A stretch of 64,000 bases of DNA, from assembly GCF_006345805.1 (NCBI RefSeq), contig NC_042999.1, positions 51,026,001-51,090,000 of the forward strand. The letters run 5' to 3'. Positions 43,309-57,337 of this stretch are shown here, in pieces. The stretch's first letter is position 1. Each line of letters starts with the position of its first letter. The stretch is from Octopus sinensis. Taxonomy: Eukaryota. The notes under the pieces are model-generated. The model made no database searches. It saw nothing but the letters and a program-made list of their open reading frames with translations, and was not told where the DNA came from. A program made the position numbers and the translations under genes.

Positions 43309-44731
43309 ATAGAAACTCCATATGATGTAAGCTGGTGTAAGCTATGGACACATAAAAGGTGTAGCAATATCAAAGGAAAGTTAACCAGGAAAATAGTTTT
43401 TGTGTGTGGCTGATTCACAGGGGCAATAAACACTGAAGATGTACAGAAAACAGATTCATTACATGCAAGGGAGAAAAACTAGAAGGAGTTAATAGCTTCC
43501 ACTACCTAGGCGACCAAATTAGTAGTGGGGGTTGCTGCTCTGTGGGTATAGCAGCTAGAATAAGAATAGCCTGGGCAAAATTCAGGGAGTTTCTACCTCT
43601 GCTGGCAACTAAGGGCCTCTCGCTCAGGATGAAAGGTAGACTGTATGTTGCATGTGTGTGAACTGCCATGCTACACGGCAGTGAAACATGGGCCATGACT
43701 GCTGAGTATGTGTGTAGGCTTGAAAGAAATGAAGCTAGTATGATCTGCTGGATGTGTAATGTTAGCATGCATACACGACAGAGTGTAAGCACCCTGCGCG
43801 ATAAGAAGCATCAAATGTGGTATGCAAGAGAGAATACTGCACTGATACGGTCATGTGTTATGTATGGATGAGGACAGCTGTGTGAGGAAATACCACTCTT
43901 TAACTTTGGAAGGAACCTGTGGAAGAGGTGGACCAGGATGACATGGGATGAGGTGATGCACCATGACCTTCAATGGATCTCACAAAGGCAATGACAGGAG
44001 ACTGAAATCTTTAGAGATATGGTGTTACTGAGAAGACCCAGCAACTAAAGTGAGATCAAAGCCATGGCCAATGCCAGTGTTGCATTTCCAGCCCATTTAA
44101 GAGTACCCTTGATGCATCAAGTGACATGATATGCTTGAGAAGACCTGTTGAGTCGAGTAAAACCAAAATCACAGCTGTGGCCAGTGCCCCTGACTGGCTC
44201 CCATTCTGGTGGCATTAAAATGCATCATCTGAATATAGCTGATGCCAGTGTCCCCTGACTGACTGGTTCCCATGTCGGTGGCAAGTAAAAAGCACCATCC
44301 AAACATGGTCAATGCCAGGTCTGCCTGACTGGCTCCCATGCTGGTGGCATATTAAAAGCACCATCCAAACGTGGCCTATGCCAGTGCCCCCTGACTGGCT
44401 CCCGTGCCAGTGACACATAAAAAGCACTATCCAAACATGGATGATACCAGTACCCCCTAACTGGCTCCCATGCTGGTGGCATGTAAAAAGCACTATCCAA
44501 GCATGACTGATGCCAGGCCTGCCCAACTGGCTCCTGTGTCGGTGGCACATAAAAAGCATCCACTACACTCTCAGAATGGTTGGCATCAGGAAGGGCATCC
44601 AGCTGTGGAAACATTGCCAGATCAGATTGGAGCCTGGTGCAGCTGCTGGCTCTCCAGACCTCAGTCAAACCATCCAACCCATGCCAGCATGGAAAATGGA
44701 CGTTAAACGACAACGACGATGATGATGATGA
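43309..44731 (+). mobile_element. 5'-truncated RTE-clade LINE (RT C-terminal pseudogene, 3' UTR, (GAT)n tail) inserted in a MITE
   Basis: VNSFHYLGDQISSGG...ARIRIAWAKFREFLPLL...KGRLY...MLHGSETWA...LERNEASM. The MITE resumes at ~44734 and ends AAAGGA|TTAA at 44825. Confidence 0.9.
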
Positions 44732-44939
44732 TATTTGGTGGAAGATTTTAATTCAGAACTTTTGAAAACAAAACATTTGTACTACAGAGCCAGATATAGT
44801 CATAGGTGGGTTGGTATCAAAAGGATTAAAGACTCTCTAAAATATACTTCTGTGACCTTTCCAACTTTATTTACTTTTTTAAACTATACTTTTTGATTTG
44901 AATGGACTCCTAACCACTTTTCATCTATCTATCTATCTA

Positions 44940-44995
<56 letters not shown>

Positions 44996-45010
44996 AATCT
45001 ATCTATATAT

Positions 45011-45066
<56 letters not shown>

Positions 45067-45332
45067 TTAGGGAGTAAATCCAAACTTACAGGGAAAAATT
45101 AGATTTAGGATTAAATCTAATTTTACAGTATAAATATATATATTTATATATTAAATTAGAGATAAAACCACTATTAGGCAAATCAAACAGTGAAAAACAT
45201 AAACCAAAACATAGAAATAAAATTAATTAATATAATATACAAAATATATAAAATATAAAATTCAAAATTTAAATTATTTAAATTTAAAGTTAAAATTAAA
45301 AAAAATTTTAATTATTAATTTATACTTATAAA

Positions 45333-45371
<39 letters not shown>

Positions 45372-45794
45372 TTTATTTTTATTATTATTTTTTATTATTT
45401 TTATTTTTTATTTTTTATTTTATTTTATTTATTTTTATTTATTTTTATTTTATTTATATATATAACTAGCAAAAAGTATTAAAAAGTTTAATATAAGATA
45501 AATCTCTGTTGATTCACCAGGAGTGATAAACTACAGGACTCAGTACAAATGTAGAGTATTCTTTAACACAATATAACTGGAAGGTTACAATTTCCAAGTT
45601 GCTTGTTTTTGATCATAAGCTGGTAGACTGAGCTTGGGTTTCTTTTGCAAATCCACTGTCTGAATATTTTTTGAAATATGAATTGAAAGTTTGAAGTAAA
45701 TGCTCATTGGTGTGTCTGTGGTGTGTGTGCATTGTGAGTGTATGCATCTGTGTATGTATGAGTGTGCATCTGTGTGTGTGTATATGTGTGGGCA

Positions 45795-45837
<43 letters not shown>

Positions 45838-46396
45838 ATCTGTGTGTGTGTGTGTGTGTGTGTGCATCTGTGTGGAGGTAGGATAAATATGCTTGGATGT
45901 TGATATTTCTTGCTGTAACTGCTTCAGTGAACCGATGATGATGTTCACATTCCTTGTTGACATTATGAAGAATTTCTCTGCACTTTTAAAGATCTCTGGA
46001 AAAAAATCTCTAGCCGCTAATTGATGGTGACAAGAACATCAACCTGTAAAAATCTCACCTCAGATAAAGTGTAAAGAGCAAAGAACACCTTCAGACATGA
46101 AAGACCATGAGATTGCACCTTGAAAGTTCCCCTCCACCCCTCCAATGTACAACTCCAGGCAGGGTTGTCTATGGAAGACCATCATGCATGCCCATGCATA
46201 CCAGCTTCTCCTCTCCACACCACATGTTGTCCAAGAAAAAGGCAAAGGCTGATACATCAGTGATGTTGCAACTCGTTTCTACAGCTGAGTGAACTGAAGC
46301 AACATGAAATAAAGTGTCTTGCTCAAGAACACAGCACACAGCCCAGTTCAAGAATTGAACCCACTACCTCATGATTGTGAACCTGATGCTCTAACT

Positions 46397-46636
46397 TATT
46401 TCTTTACTACCCACAAGGGGCTAAACACAAAGGAGACAAACAAGGACAGACAGACGGATTAAGTCGATTATATCGATTATATCGACCCCAGTGCATAACT
46501 GGTACTTAAGTTATCGACCCCAAAAGGATGAAAGGCAAAGTCGACCTCAGCGAAATTTGAACTCAGAACATAACAGCAGACGAAATACTGCTAAGCATTT
46601 CACCTGGCATGCTAACGTTTCTGCCAGCTTGCCGCC
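46397..46636 (-). mobile_element. SINE family B nested in the head of an older SINE (~46030-46665)
   Basis: Family B match; ATGCTCTAAC is repeated on both sides. Confidence 0.8.
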
Positions 46637-47035
46637 GTTAGACCTTATGCTCTAACCACTGAGCCATGTATCTAACCCATACTAGTTGGGAAAAATGGAA
46701 ATCAAACAAACCATTGTGTGTGTGTGTGTGTGCACATGCATATGCAAAAGGAGACATGGTTGGTGATTCCTTCATTCTGACATATGTGAGATTGGTCAGA
46801 CGATATATGGAAAAATACAATTATGCAATACAAACCTAGTGTCTTGTAATTATTGTCTCGTATGCTGCAGCCAGCTGTCAAAGCATGTCACATGTTCAGC
46901 TTACAGAAGCAGAATCTGGTCTAGTGCTAAATATTTTCACATGTCCTTGATTGATGGAATATTTGCTGAGTTCTTTAACTCAGTTCCATTTTTTTTTTAA
47001 CATGTCAACTAATGTCATAATGTTACAGGTGTATA

Positions 47036-47427
47036 TCTCTATATATATAAAGCTGAAGTTGTCAGTGTATGGCAGTTTTGGTAGCCTTCAACTAACACTA
47101 TCTCCTCCGAGGCCCTGCAGCACAAGTTGACCAAAATTGAGAGTATGATAGAAGAAGGCTTGCTCTTCCTTCCATAGAAGTAAAAATTCAAATCGGACCA
47201 TGTTAACACCAAAAATCATTTACATCAAAAAGGTGTTTTTTTCTATGAAAATCCCTATTTTTTTACGAATTTTTGACTGCTGTGTCGCCATTTTTCGGTG
47301 TATTTTAACCAGAAAAATGTTCACTTAAAGAGAATAACAAGCTACATAATGCAAAATTTTTACTTTTCAAAAATTCCAATTCTAAAGGGTCGAAACAAAC
47401 CCGAGCAATGCCGGGCGATACTGCTAG
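47036..47427 (+). mobile_element. non-autonomous Helitron
   Basis: A|TCTCTATATATATAAAG ... CCCGAGCAATGCCGGG hairpin ... CTAG|T. Confidence 0.85.
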
Positions 47428-47756
47428 TAGAGTGTGTGTGTGTGTGATTCTTGTGTATGACCACAATGTTAGATGGTAGTGAGATGTGGACTCTGAATGC
47501 AGAGGACGTTTGAATAGTAGAGAGAAATGAAACTAATAATGCTGTGTTGGATGTGCAGTGTCATTGTGCATATACAACAAAGCGCTAATGTCCTGTATAA
47601 GGATGAATTAGATGTAGTGTGTAAGGGAGAGGACTGTGCTGGTTTGGTCATGGATGCATATGAATGAGGATAGTTACATAAGGAAGTGTCGGTCACTGAA
47701 AGTGGATGGAACTGGTGGAGAGGTAAATTCACATAAACACGGGACATAGAAGCAGG

Positions 47757-48597
47757 AGGGGTGGGTATCAGAAAAGTTCCTGGATTAGTTCTGTAGCATG
47801 CCAACAGATGGCAGCACACAGTTGCATACACAGTGAGAGCGAGCAGTGACCTTCACGAGGCAGTGTGCCACGAAACTTCACAGTGTTTCCTTCATAAGTT
47901 GTGAAATTTGTGTTTTTTATGATCACATGTATGCTGTAGTCTGTGATTTTTGTTACGGACAGGAAGTTGGAACAAAGGGCCAAAGTGAAATTTTGTGCTA
48001 AACTTGGGAAGTTTACTGCAGAGATATTGAGCAAGCTTCAACAAGCTTATGGCGACAAGGCAATGGGTCACCTGTAATGTCTTAACTGGCTTGGGTGCAC
48101 AACAGAGCCACAGTTTAATCAAGAGCATACTCATCGTTTTTTACGATATCCATGGCATTGTGCATCGAAAATTCGATACCCATCCCAGGGCCAGACCATC
48201 ATCCGAGACTTCTACTGCAATGCTTTGAAGTGTTTGAGGGAGGACATTCTGTGAAAGCGACCAGATCCATACATTGCAAAGAAATTAATTCTTCACAACA
48301 ACAATATACCCTGTCACAGAGCTCTCTTTACTCATGATATCGCTTCCACACCCGCCCAATTTGCCAAGATGAAAATGCAGCTCAAAGGTTACCATTTTAA
48401 TACTGTTGTTGAGATCCAGAGCTAATTGCAGAGGGTCCTCAACTCGCTTATGGAAAACGATTTCCAGGTTAAGTTCCAAAAGTGGCAAGAACATTGGGAC
48501 CAGCGTATTGCTTTGGAAGGTAATTATGTTAAAACTTAGTTAAATAAGTAATTTTTTATTAAACATACGTAGTCCAGGAACATTTTGATACCACCTA
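47757..48597 (+). mobile_element. degenerate mariner element
   Basis: TIRs GGTATCAGAAAAGTTCCTGGA / TCCAGGAACATTTTGATACC. Relic peptides LEQRAKVKFCAKLGK...QQAYGDKAM and FQKWQEHWDQRIALEGNY. Confidence 0.8.
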
Positions 48598-48958
48598 ATG
48601 GAAGTGAAGGCTTATGTGAAGAAACAGAGCCTCAGAGATGGAATGACAAATGACCAAGACAATTGGTGATTTACTGTGGTATGGAAGAAGACCCGTTCAT
48701 AACAGCAAATATGAAGTCCAAAAAACATTTTGTCTATGCTTGTACATGCTGGGTGCTGTCCCTGTACCCATACTGCCCTACCAAACATTGCCCCACATCC
48801 CATTTTTTTCACTCCCTTCTTTCAAGCCAACCAAATATCATGAAGAGTAGAAGACATTTGCCCAAGGAGACACACAATGGGACTGAACCCAGAACTATGT
48901 GGTTGGTAAGCAAGCTACTTACCACTCAGCCACTCCAGCGCCTACATATATATATATG

Positions 48959-48993
<35 letters not shown>

Positions 48994-49265
48994 TTGAGGG
49001 AATATTATTCCTAACTTACAGGGAAAAATTCAATTTAGAAATACTAATTCAAATTTCGCAAAATATGATATATATATATAAAAATTAGAAAAAAAACACC
49101 TTTTATCAATTCAAAATGAACAATTAAATTACACCATCTAGAAAATTACATATAATAGAAATATTAAAAATAGAATGACAATAATATACCAATGATTAAA
49201 TAAATTGCAAAATAATAATAAAAAATAATAATAAAATTATAATTTTGCAATTTACTTAATCATTG

Positions 49266-49679
49266 TAGGCGTAGGAGTGGCTGTGTGGTAAGTAGCTTGC
49301 TTACCAACCACATGGTTCCGGGTTCAGTCCCACTGCGTGGCACCTTGGGCAAGTGTCTTCTACTATAGCCTCGGGCCGACCAAAGCCTTGTGAGTTGATT
49401 TGGTAGACGGAAACTGAAAGAAGCCCATCGTATATATATATTTATATGTATGTGTGTGTGTATATGTTTGTATGTCAGTGTTTGTCCTCCCAACATTGCT
49501 TGACAACCGATGCTGGTGTGTTTACGTCTCCGTTACTTAGCAGTTCGGCAAAAGAGACCGATAGAATAAGTACTAGGCTTACAAAGAATAAGTCCTGAGG
49601 TCGATGTGCTCGGCTAAAGGTGGTGCTCCAGCATGGCTGCAGTCAAATGACTGAAACAAGTAAAAGAGAATAAAAGAGA
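49266..49679 (+). mobile_element. SINE family A inside an AT-rich palindrome
   Basis: Full-length family A match. Confidence 0.92.
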
Positions 49680-49784
49680 ATTGGTATATTATTCTTATTT
49701 TATTTTTAATATTTCTATATGTAATTTTCTAGATAGTGTAATTTAATTGTTCATTCTGAATTGATAAAAGGTGTTTTTTTTCTA

Positions 49785-49833
<49 letters not shown>

Positions 49834-50135
49834 GTTTTACTTGTTTCAGTATTTAGACTGCAGCTATGCTGGAGCACTACCTTGAGGAATCTTTTAGTTA
49901 AACTAATCGGCATCAACTCTTATGTTTTTTTTTGTTTGCTTTTTTTAAGCCTGGTACTTATTCTATTGATCTTCTTGACTGAACCACTAAGTTACAGGGA
50001 TGTAAACACAACCATACTGGTCATCAAATGGAGGGACAAAAACAGACACAATGGCACACCAACACACATATCTATCTGTTTGTCTATCTATCTACATCCA
50101 TTTATATATCTATTTATACATATACATATACATAT

Positions 50136-50825
50136 ATATAAAATAGTATACATTTAAACACAAGAGAAACTACCTTTAACAGGTAATTTTATATGCTAGA
50201 AAAAGCAGTCAAAACGACCAAAACCACATTTAAGAGCAATTTCGTAGGGAATGAAAAATAAAAACTTTTACCTTGTTTTTTTACGATTATACCTAGGTTT
50301 CAAATTTTTTTAGCAAATAATTTGCTAGGCGAAGTTCTCATCAGTAACCACACCATAACACTAACATATGATTAAGAGATGAATAACACGTGTCTCATCA
50401 TTATATGTTATAATTTTTCAAATTCACTGTGCAAGTGCAGTTTCAGTTGGCAGTAAATAAAAAATGCCGAATTGATCTTCAAAATACTAAAATCATATAC
50501 ATAATGCCGACGACTGCTCAGTTCAAAGTCTCTCTTGACCAGAAATGGCCTGAACTCTTTGCATGAACACCCTCCCTGTACATAACTCCATGTCCCCCTA
50601 CATGACCTTGCTTTTTGCTTTTTGAGCCAAAAAATTAACTTAACTTATAAAATATATAGAGTAGCGAATATTTTTAGAAATTTCACTACCAGTGGCCTAG
50701 CATGTATAAAAAGTCAATAGACAACATATTCTCAATATAAAATAGTGTACATTTAAACACAAGAGAAACTACCTCTAACAGGTAATTTTACATACTAGAA
50801 GAAGTAGTAAAAACGACCAAAACCA
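50136..50825 (-). mobile_element. retrozyme/pLTR-like element: 599-nt unit plus ~90-nt terminal redundancy
   Basis: 50141-50226 is repeated at 50740-50825 (7 mismatches in 86). One HHR; flanked by (TA)n. Confidence 0.7.
50284..50350 (-). ncRNA. type I hammerhead ribozyme
   Basis: Minus strand reads tggtta-CTGATGA-GAACTT-cgcc-TAGCAAAT-t-ATTTGCTA-aaa-AAATTT-GAAA-CCTAGG-TA-taatcg. Predicted GUA cleavage between 50290 and 50289. Confidence 0.8.
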
Positions 50826-50875
50826 TATATATATATATGAATGTATGTATGTATGTGTGTATATTTATATATATG

Positions 50876-50909
<34 letters not shown>

Positions 50910-51518
50910 TGCGTACACACAATGGACTACTTCCAGTTTCTACCTATTAAATCCACTTATAAGGCTTTGCTGAGCCCAAAGTTATAGTAGAAAACAATTA
51001 CCCAAAGTGCCATGCCATGGGAGTGAATCCAGAACCATGTAGTTTTAAATTGGGTTTTTACCACACAACACATCTGCATGTATGTGTGTGTGTGTGTGTG
51101 TATGTATATGTGTATTTATATAAAATACTATACATTTTGTAAAAAACAATTTTAAATGAACCACAAACTTGTCTTCTGATGTCAATTGATCACTGAATCA
51201 AATATATAATTTCAAATATATAATTTTTACACATACTCTAATGTGTATAAAATTATAATGTCAGATCAATATCAGGGAGTGTAATACAGATGCAAATTTC
51301 ATAATGTTGATCCCAAACTTTCTGTTACACACTAGTAACACAGAGATATATGCATATACAAAAACTTACAAACACACACACACTCTCTCTCTCTCTCACG
51401 CATATGCTTGCACATTGACTTTCACTCACTCACTCACTCTTACAATCTATCTATCTATCTATGTAGGTAGGTAGGTAGGCAGGTAGCTACCTACCTATCT
51501 ATTTATCAATCTATCTAG

Positions 51519-51563
<45 letters not shown>

Positions 51564-51654
51564 TACATACATACTTATCTGTCTATTTATCTATCTATAT
51601 ACCTATTTACTATGTATCTATCAATATCTATTTACCTACTTACTTATCTATCTA

Positions 51655-51717
<63 letters not shown>

Positions 51718-52596
51718 GTCTCTTCCTGCTCTCTCTCTCTCCACCTCTTTTTCCCTCTGCATTTCACATTTTCATTTTCAAACACACACACACACATCCA
51801 TCCAACCACATACACATACTCTCACAGCTACTCACTCAGTCTCTCTCTCTCTCTCTCTCTCTCACTCTCTTTCTCTCTTATTTGCAAAAAAGCTTGCATA
51901 TATACACAGATACAAACACAGAGACAGTGACAGAATGAGAGAGAGAGAGAGGGGGGAGAGAGAAAGAAAGATCAGTTTGGCAAACTGCATTTAGATGCTC
52001 GATTGGTTTGATGGTAAGTCACTCTCCTTTTGCGCAGCACATTGCAAATGCTTTCATGCCAAGTCAGTGGTGCACTTTACGAAGCCAAGATCAATGCCAC
52101 AATGAAATTGGGTCTTGTAGCTGAGCTCTCTCCTTTTCCATGCCATAGGCAAACAGCCATAATTATTGTAAGAATAGCGTCAAATGAATAATCACATTCC
52201 CTATACCTCACCAATTGGCGGAGAAGTTTTGATAAGCAGATTTTTATTGTGGATCTGATTCAATGAATAGAGAGAAATAATTATATCAGAGAATGGAACT
52301 ACAAAGTTGAATCTAGTGTAAGCTAGGTGGCGGCTGTAAAGGAAATTGTGGAAATGAAGTGGATAGTTGTCCGTTAGTATAAGAGGGAGAATAGGCAATA
52401 GAGATGAGGGCATTGGGAGAAATTGAAGAATGTGTAGTGATGAGGTGAGATTGGGAGGTATTGGGTGAAACTTCCTTCATTGAAGAAAGTTCAATAATAA
52501 TGAGAGAAATAATGGGGAAAAAAATGAATGAAGGTTATATTGAATAGTGTCAAGTAGGATTGTATATATGTGTGTGTATCTATGAATGCATCATAC

Positions 52597-52628
<32 letters not shown>

Positions 52629-52629
52629 T

Positions 52630-52666
<37 letters not shown>

Positions 52667-52787
52667 GCATGTATATGTTTGTATGGAGGTATGTAGATAT
52701 GTATGTCTTTCCATGCTAGCATGAAAATATGAAAATGTAGACTCTAAAAATAATCATTGTCATCATCATCATGACATATATGCACAT

Positions 52788-52857
<70 letters not shown>

Positions 52858-53215
52858 ATAGATATATACATAGCCATATACACATAGGTATTCATACATG
52901 TATGTGTGTATGTGTGTGAGTATGAACTGCTGACAATATATATATATAAATATACACACGCACATACATATGTGGTTGTGCATACATATATAATATATGT
53001 ATGTATATGTTTGTGTGTGTGTGTATGTGCTGGTAAGGGTGTATGGTTAAGCAGTTTGCTTCACTTTAGAACGATGTGGTTTGAAGTTCGTTCTTACTGC
53101 AAGGATGATGCTACCTAGAAGAAGCCCATCATACATATACATATACATACATATATATATATATATATATGTGTACATATATATGTATATATATATATAT
53201 TATATATATATATAG

Positions 53216-53276
<61 letters not shown>

Positions 53277-53338
53277 TAAAAACGGTAAGATAACAAAAGA
53301 AAGAAAGAGACCTCAATATTATGTAAATAGAGGAAATT

Positions 53339-53542
53339 TATCTGTAAAATAATGTGACAGTTATTCGGTAGTCAAGATAAAACTCTGAGATTCGGATGCC
53401 GAGGTGGAAATCCACAACACCATCTTTTCGGTTATCTGGCCAGATAACCAAAGAGATGGTGTTGTGGATTTCCACCTCGGCATCCGAAACTCAGAGTTTT
53501 ATCTTGGCTACCGAATAATTGTCACATATTATTTTACAGATA
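53339..53542. repeat. ~200 bp palindrome carrying two mirror hammerhead-like motifs
   Basis: Centre TCTGG|CCAGA (53439/53440). Right arm reads ccagataa-CCAAAGA-GATG...CATC-C-GAAA-CTCAGAG-TT-ttatcttgg. Confidence 0.85.
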
Positions 53543-53731
53543 TATATATAGGTTGTAACGGACACAGGTTCGTGTATATATAGCTAGCTAGAGGTGGTGG
53601 CCTCTTGGAGCTAATCAGCGACAGCTTTAGTTTTATATTTATAGACTGCCATATTAGTATGGCGATAACTATTAATATCCAGTAACGCTGCCGTAATCTC
53701 CTTTAGAGAGACTTAGTAATTTTAATATTTC

Positions 53732-53781
<50 letters not shown>

Positions 53782-54739
53782 TATACATATATATGTACAC
53801 ACACAGACTTCCACTCACATGTGTGTATTTGTGTATGTATGTGATAGGTGTGTGTGTGTGTATGCATATCCGTGTGTCATGTGCGTATAACCAAGTGCAT
53901 ATTTACGTTGTTTTGATATGTGAGAACTGAGTGCAAATAAAGCATACCTTTTCATACAGACAGCATTGTTTGCTTGAAGTTCTCCACAAAATTCTGTCAG
54001 AGCTGTTCCTTATTAAGACACATCTATTACAAGAAATAAACATCAAGCATGAATTTAATATTCCTTTATTTCACCTGTCACATATGTTCCTGTGTTCAAT
54101 AATCAATTATGGCATACAAATGTGATTTAAAAAGAGACTTAATCATACCAAATGTGTCCTCAGATGGGCTATTTTCATTCTATCTGAGAACTGAGAACAC
54201 AATCCTTTATGACTAAGTGTTCTTCGCAAATCACATTTATATATCATATTTATAACATAGGTGCAGGCATGGCTGTGTGGGTAAGAAGTTTTGCTTCCCA
54301 ACCACATGGTTTCAGGTTCAGTCCAATTGTGTAGTGTCTTGGGCAAGTGCCTCAAGCCTTTGTGAGTGAATGTGGAAGACAGAAATGCTATCATGTATAT
54401 ACATGTGTGTGAAAGTGCTTGTGCCTCTTTAGAAAGACAGGAGGGAAATCACATTTATAGTACCACATTTGCAGTTATCAAACACAGAAATACATGTAAT
54501 AGATGAAATGAAGGAATACCAAATTCATGCTTCATGTTTTTTAGGTTGAAACTTTGAAATTACTGTCAATACTGTTATTGTTAAAGAATAATAAATCAGT
54601 ACTCTACCAAATGTATTGAGTAAATCTTTCAATTTAATGAAAAATTGCTTTAATTATAGCATCAAAACAAAACATTTATACATACACACACAGACAGATG
54701 TATCACACACACACACACATGCACACACATATATGTAGT

Positions 54740-55240
54740 GGGAGCATGGTAAGAAGCTTGCATCCCAACCATGTGCTTCCATGTTCAGTCCCACAGTGGG
54801 GCATCTTGGGCAAGTATATTCATATTCTACTGTAGCTTAGGACCAACAAAAGCCTTGTGAGTGGATTTGGTTGACGGAAACTGAAAGAAGCTCATCGTAT
54901 ATATATATACATATATATATATATACATCTAGATATATATATATATATATATAATATATATATATATATATGTATGTATGTATGTATGTATATGTATATA
55001 TATATATCTATGTGTGTGCGCGTGTCTTTGTGTTTGTGTTTGGCCCTCCCATCACCACTTGACAACTGGTATCAGTATTTTTATGTCCCCATAACTTAGC
55101 AGTTTGGCAGAAGAGACTGATAGAATAAGCACCACTTCTTAAAAAAAAAAAGCACTGGGGTTGATTCACTCGACTAAAAGTTCAAGGTAGTGCCCCAGCA
55201 TGGCTGCAGTCTAATGACTGAGACAAGTAAAAGATAAAAG
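54740..55240 (+). mobile_element. SINE family A (older copy, expanded internal (TA)n)
   Basis: Family A match. Confidence 0.8.
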
Positions 55241-56390
55241 ATATATGTATGTATGCTTATATATATATAAGCCCAGTGTGTATATATATTATTCTTTTAT
55301 TTGTTTTAGTCATTTGATTGTGGCCATGCTGGAGCACCGCTTTTAATAAATAAATATATATATATATTTGTGTGTGTGTGTATGTCTGTCTGTGTCTATT
55401 TGTTCCCACTTCATCACTTGACAACCAATGTTGGTGTGTTTACATCCCTGTAACTCAATGGTTCAGCAAAAGAGACCGACAGAATAAGCACTAGGCTTAC
55501 AAAGATTAAGTCCTTGGGGTCAGTTTGTTCAACTAAAAGCAATGCTCCAGCATGGCAGCTATCAAATGACTGAAACAAGTAAAAGAATAAAAGGAAAGAA
55601 TAAAAGAATATGTGGGTGTACACACACACACACAGACACACACTCTCTCTCTTTCTCTCTCCTTCTCTCTCTCTCTACATCAATACAGAGAGAGGAGAGC
55701 TCAATACATGTAGAGGATATGATTTTTTTAAAGATGAAACTAAAACTTTGTCTTATGACCTGAATTTGGCACCACTTTGTAAATAATTATTATAAATTGG
55801 TATTAATAGTTATTAATATCCTTTCATCTGTGTGTGTGTGGTCTAGTATTTGTGTTTTTTCATTGGATGGATTTTCATGTTTATTGATTGGCTGGTGGTT
55901 TTCTAGCCTCTCCATTGGTTATTTATATTATTTTGGGGTTGTAGTGTTGTATTTCTGGCATTTATAGGTGTAAGGGCAAGGGCCCGGGAACAGGGGGTGC
56001 AGCAGGTGCACCTACACCCCTTAGAATTTTCAGGTGGTGCAAGATCAAAATTTGCACCCCCTACATAATTTTACCAGTTTCAGAAAATAGTGTCTAAAAA
56101 ATTATCTGTATAAGATGCTTGAAGCTAGATTTCGTTTCAAAGCAAAAATACATTAGTAACATACAAGAAGAATGAATACTTGACCTCCAGAAGGGGAATA
56201 AAAAATCTCTTTAATAGAATCTGTATTTACTATCTGGAACTCAAGGTTTCATACTGTTGGAAATCCACAGTTATTCAATGAGAATTCAAATTATAAATAA
56301 CACTCCACCAGTGTCAGAGTGTCATTTGCGTGTGTGTGCACGCGCGTGTGTGCATGCATGCATGCATAAATATATATATATATGTATGTA

Positions 56391-56559
56391 TGCAGGAGTG
56401 GCTGTGTGGTAAGTAGCTTGCTAACCAACCACATGGTTCCGGGTTCAGTCCCACTGTGTGGCATCTTGGGCAAGTGTCTTCTGCTATAGCCCCGGGCCGA
56501 CCAATGCCTTGTGAGTGGATTTGGTAGACGGAAACTGAAAGAAGCCTGTCGTATATATG

Positions 56560-56590
<31 letters not shown>

Positions 56591-56795
56591 TTCTGTGTCT
56601 GTGTTTGTCCCCCTAGCATTGCTTGACAACCGATGCTGGCGTGTGTTTACGCCCCCGTCACTTAGCGGTTCGGTAAAAGAGACCGATAGAATGAGTACTG
56701 GGCTTACAAAGAATAAGTCCTGGGGTCGATTTGCTCGACTAAAGGCGGTGCTCCAGCATGGCCGCAGTCAAATGACTGAAACAAGTAAAAGAGTA
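56391..56795 (+). mobile_element. SINE family A (young copy)
   Basis: Full-length match with CpGs retained. Confidence 0.92.
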
Positions 56796-57337
56796 AATGA
56801 GTATATGTTCATATACATACAAACTTCGTTTTGCTGAGGATAAGTTGTTAATGCTTGCTGCAAGAATAACACTGTATTCACATATATAAATACAAATAAA
56901 ATTACCATATAATGTCTAGATTTAGAAAGAAAAAAAAACTAAATTTTTAATTTCCCAGAATACCTCAGGGGGAAAAAGCATAACAAAATTGATAGAAATA
57001 AAACAAAACAAAAATACATGAACTGAATATAGGTTTTGGTTATACAAGTTTACTGACTTGAATAAATATATATATACTAAAAGAAATATATTTTTACTAT
57101 TTTAGAAAACTTTTTTTTCCTTTCTTCTTCTCTTTGTGCATGATCCTATAACAGCTGAGAGCATTTTCAGTTTGTCTTCAGATTTAGATAGCACTCTTTA
57201 TAGTCAGTTCAGCAACCATCTTCTTATATTTTCTATCTTTCATCTTTCATTTGTTTCATTCATTAGACTGTGGCCATGCTGAGGCACCACCTTGAAGAAT
57301 TTTTTAGTTGAATGAATCAACCCCCAGTTGTTTCGTA

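Noticed and set aside
43433-43459. CTGAAGA-TGTACA-GAAA
   Set aside because: Lies within RTE coding sequence; helices I and III are absent.
44175-44560. Regularly spaced repeats resembling a CRISPR array
   Set aside because: The intervening segments are themselves homologous; this is the RTE 3' UTR minisatellite in eukaryotic DNA.
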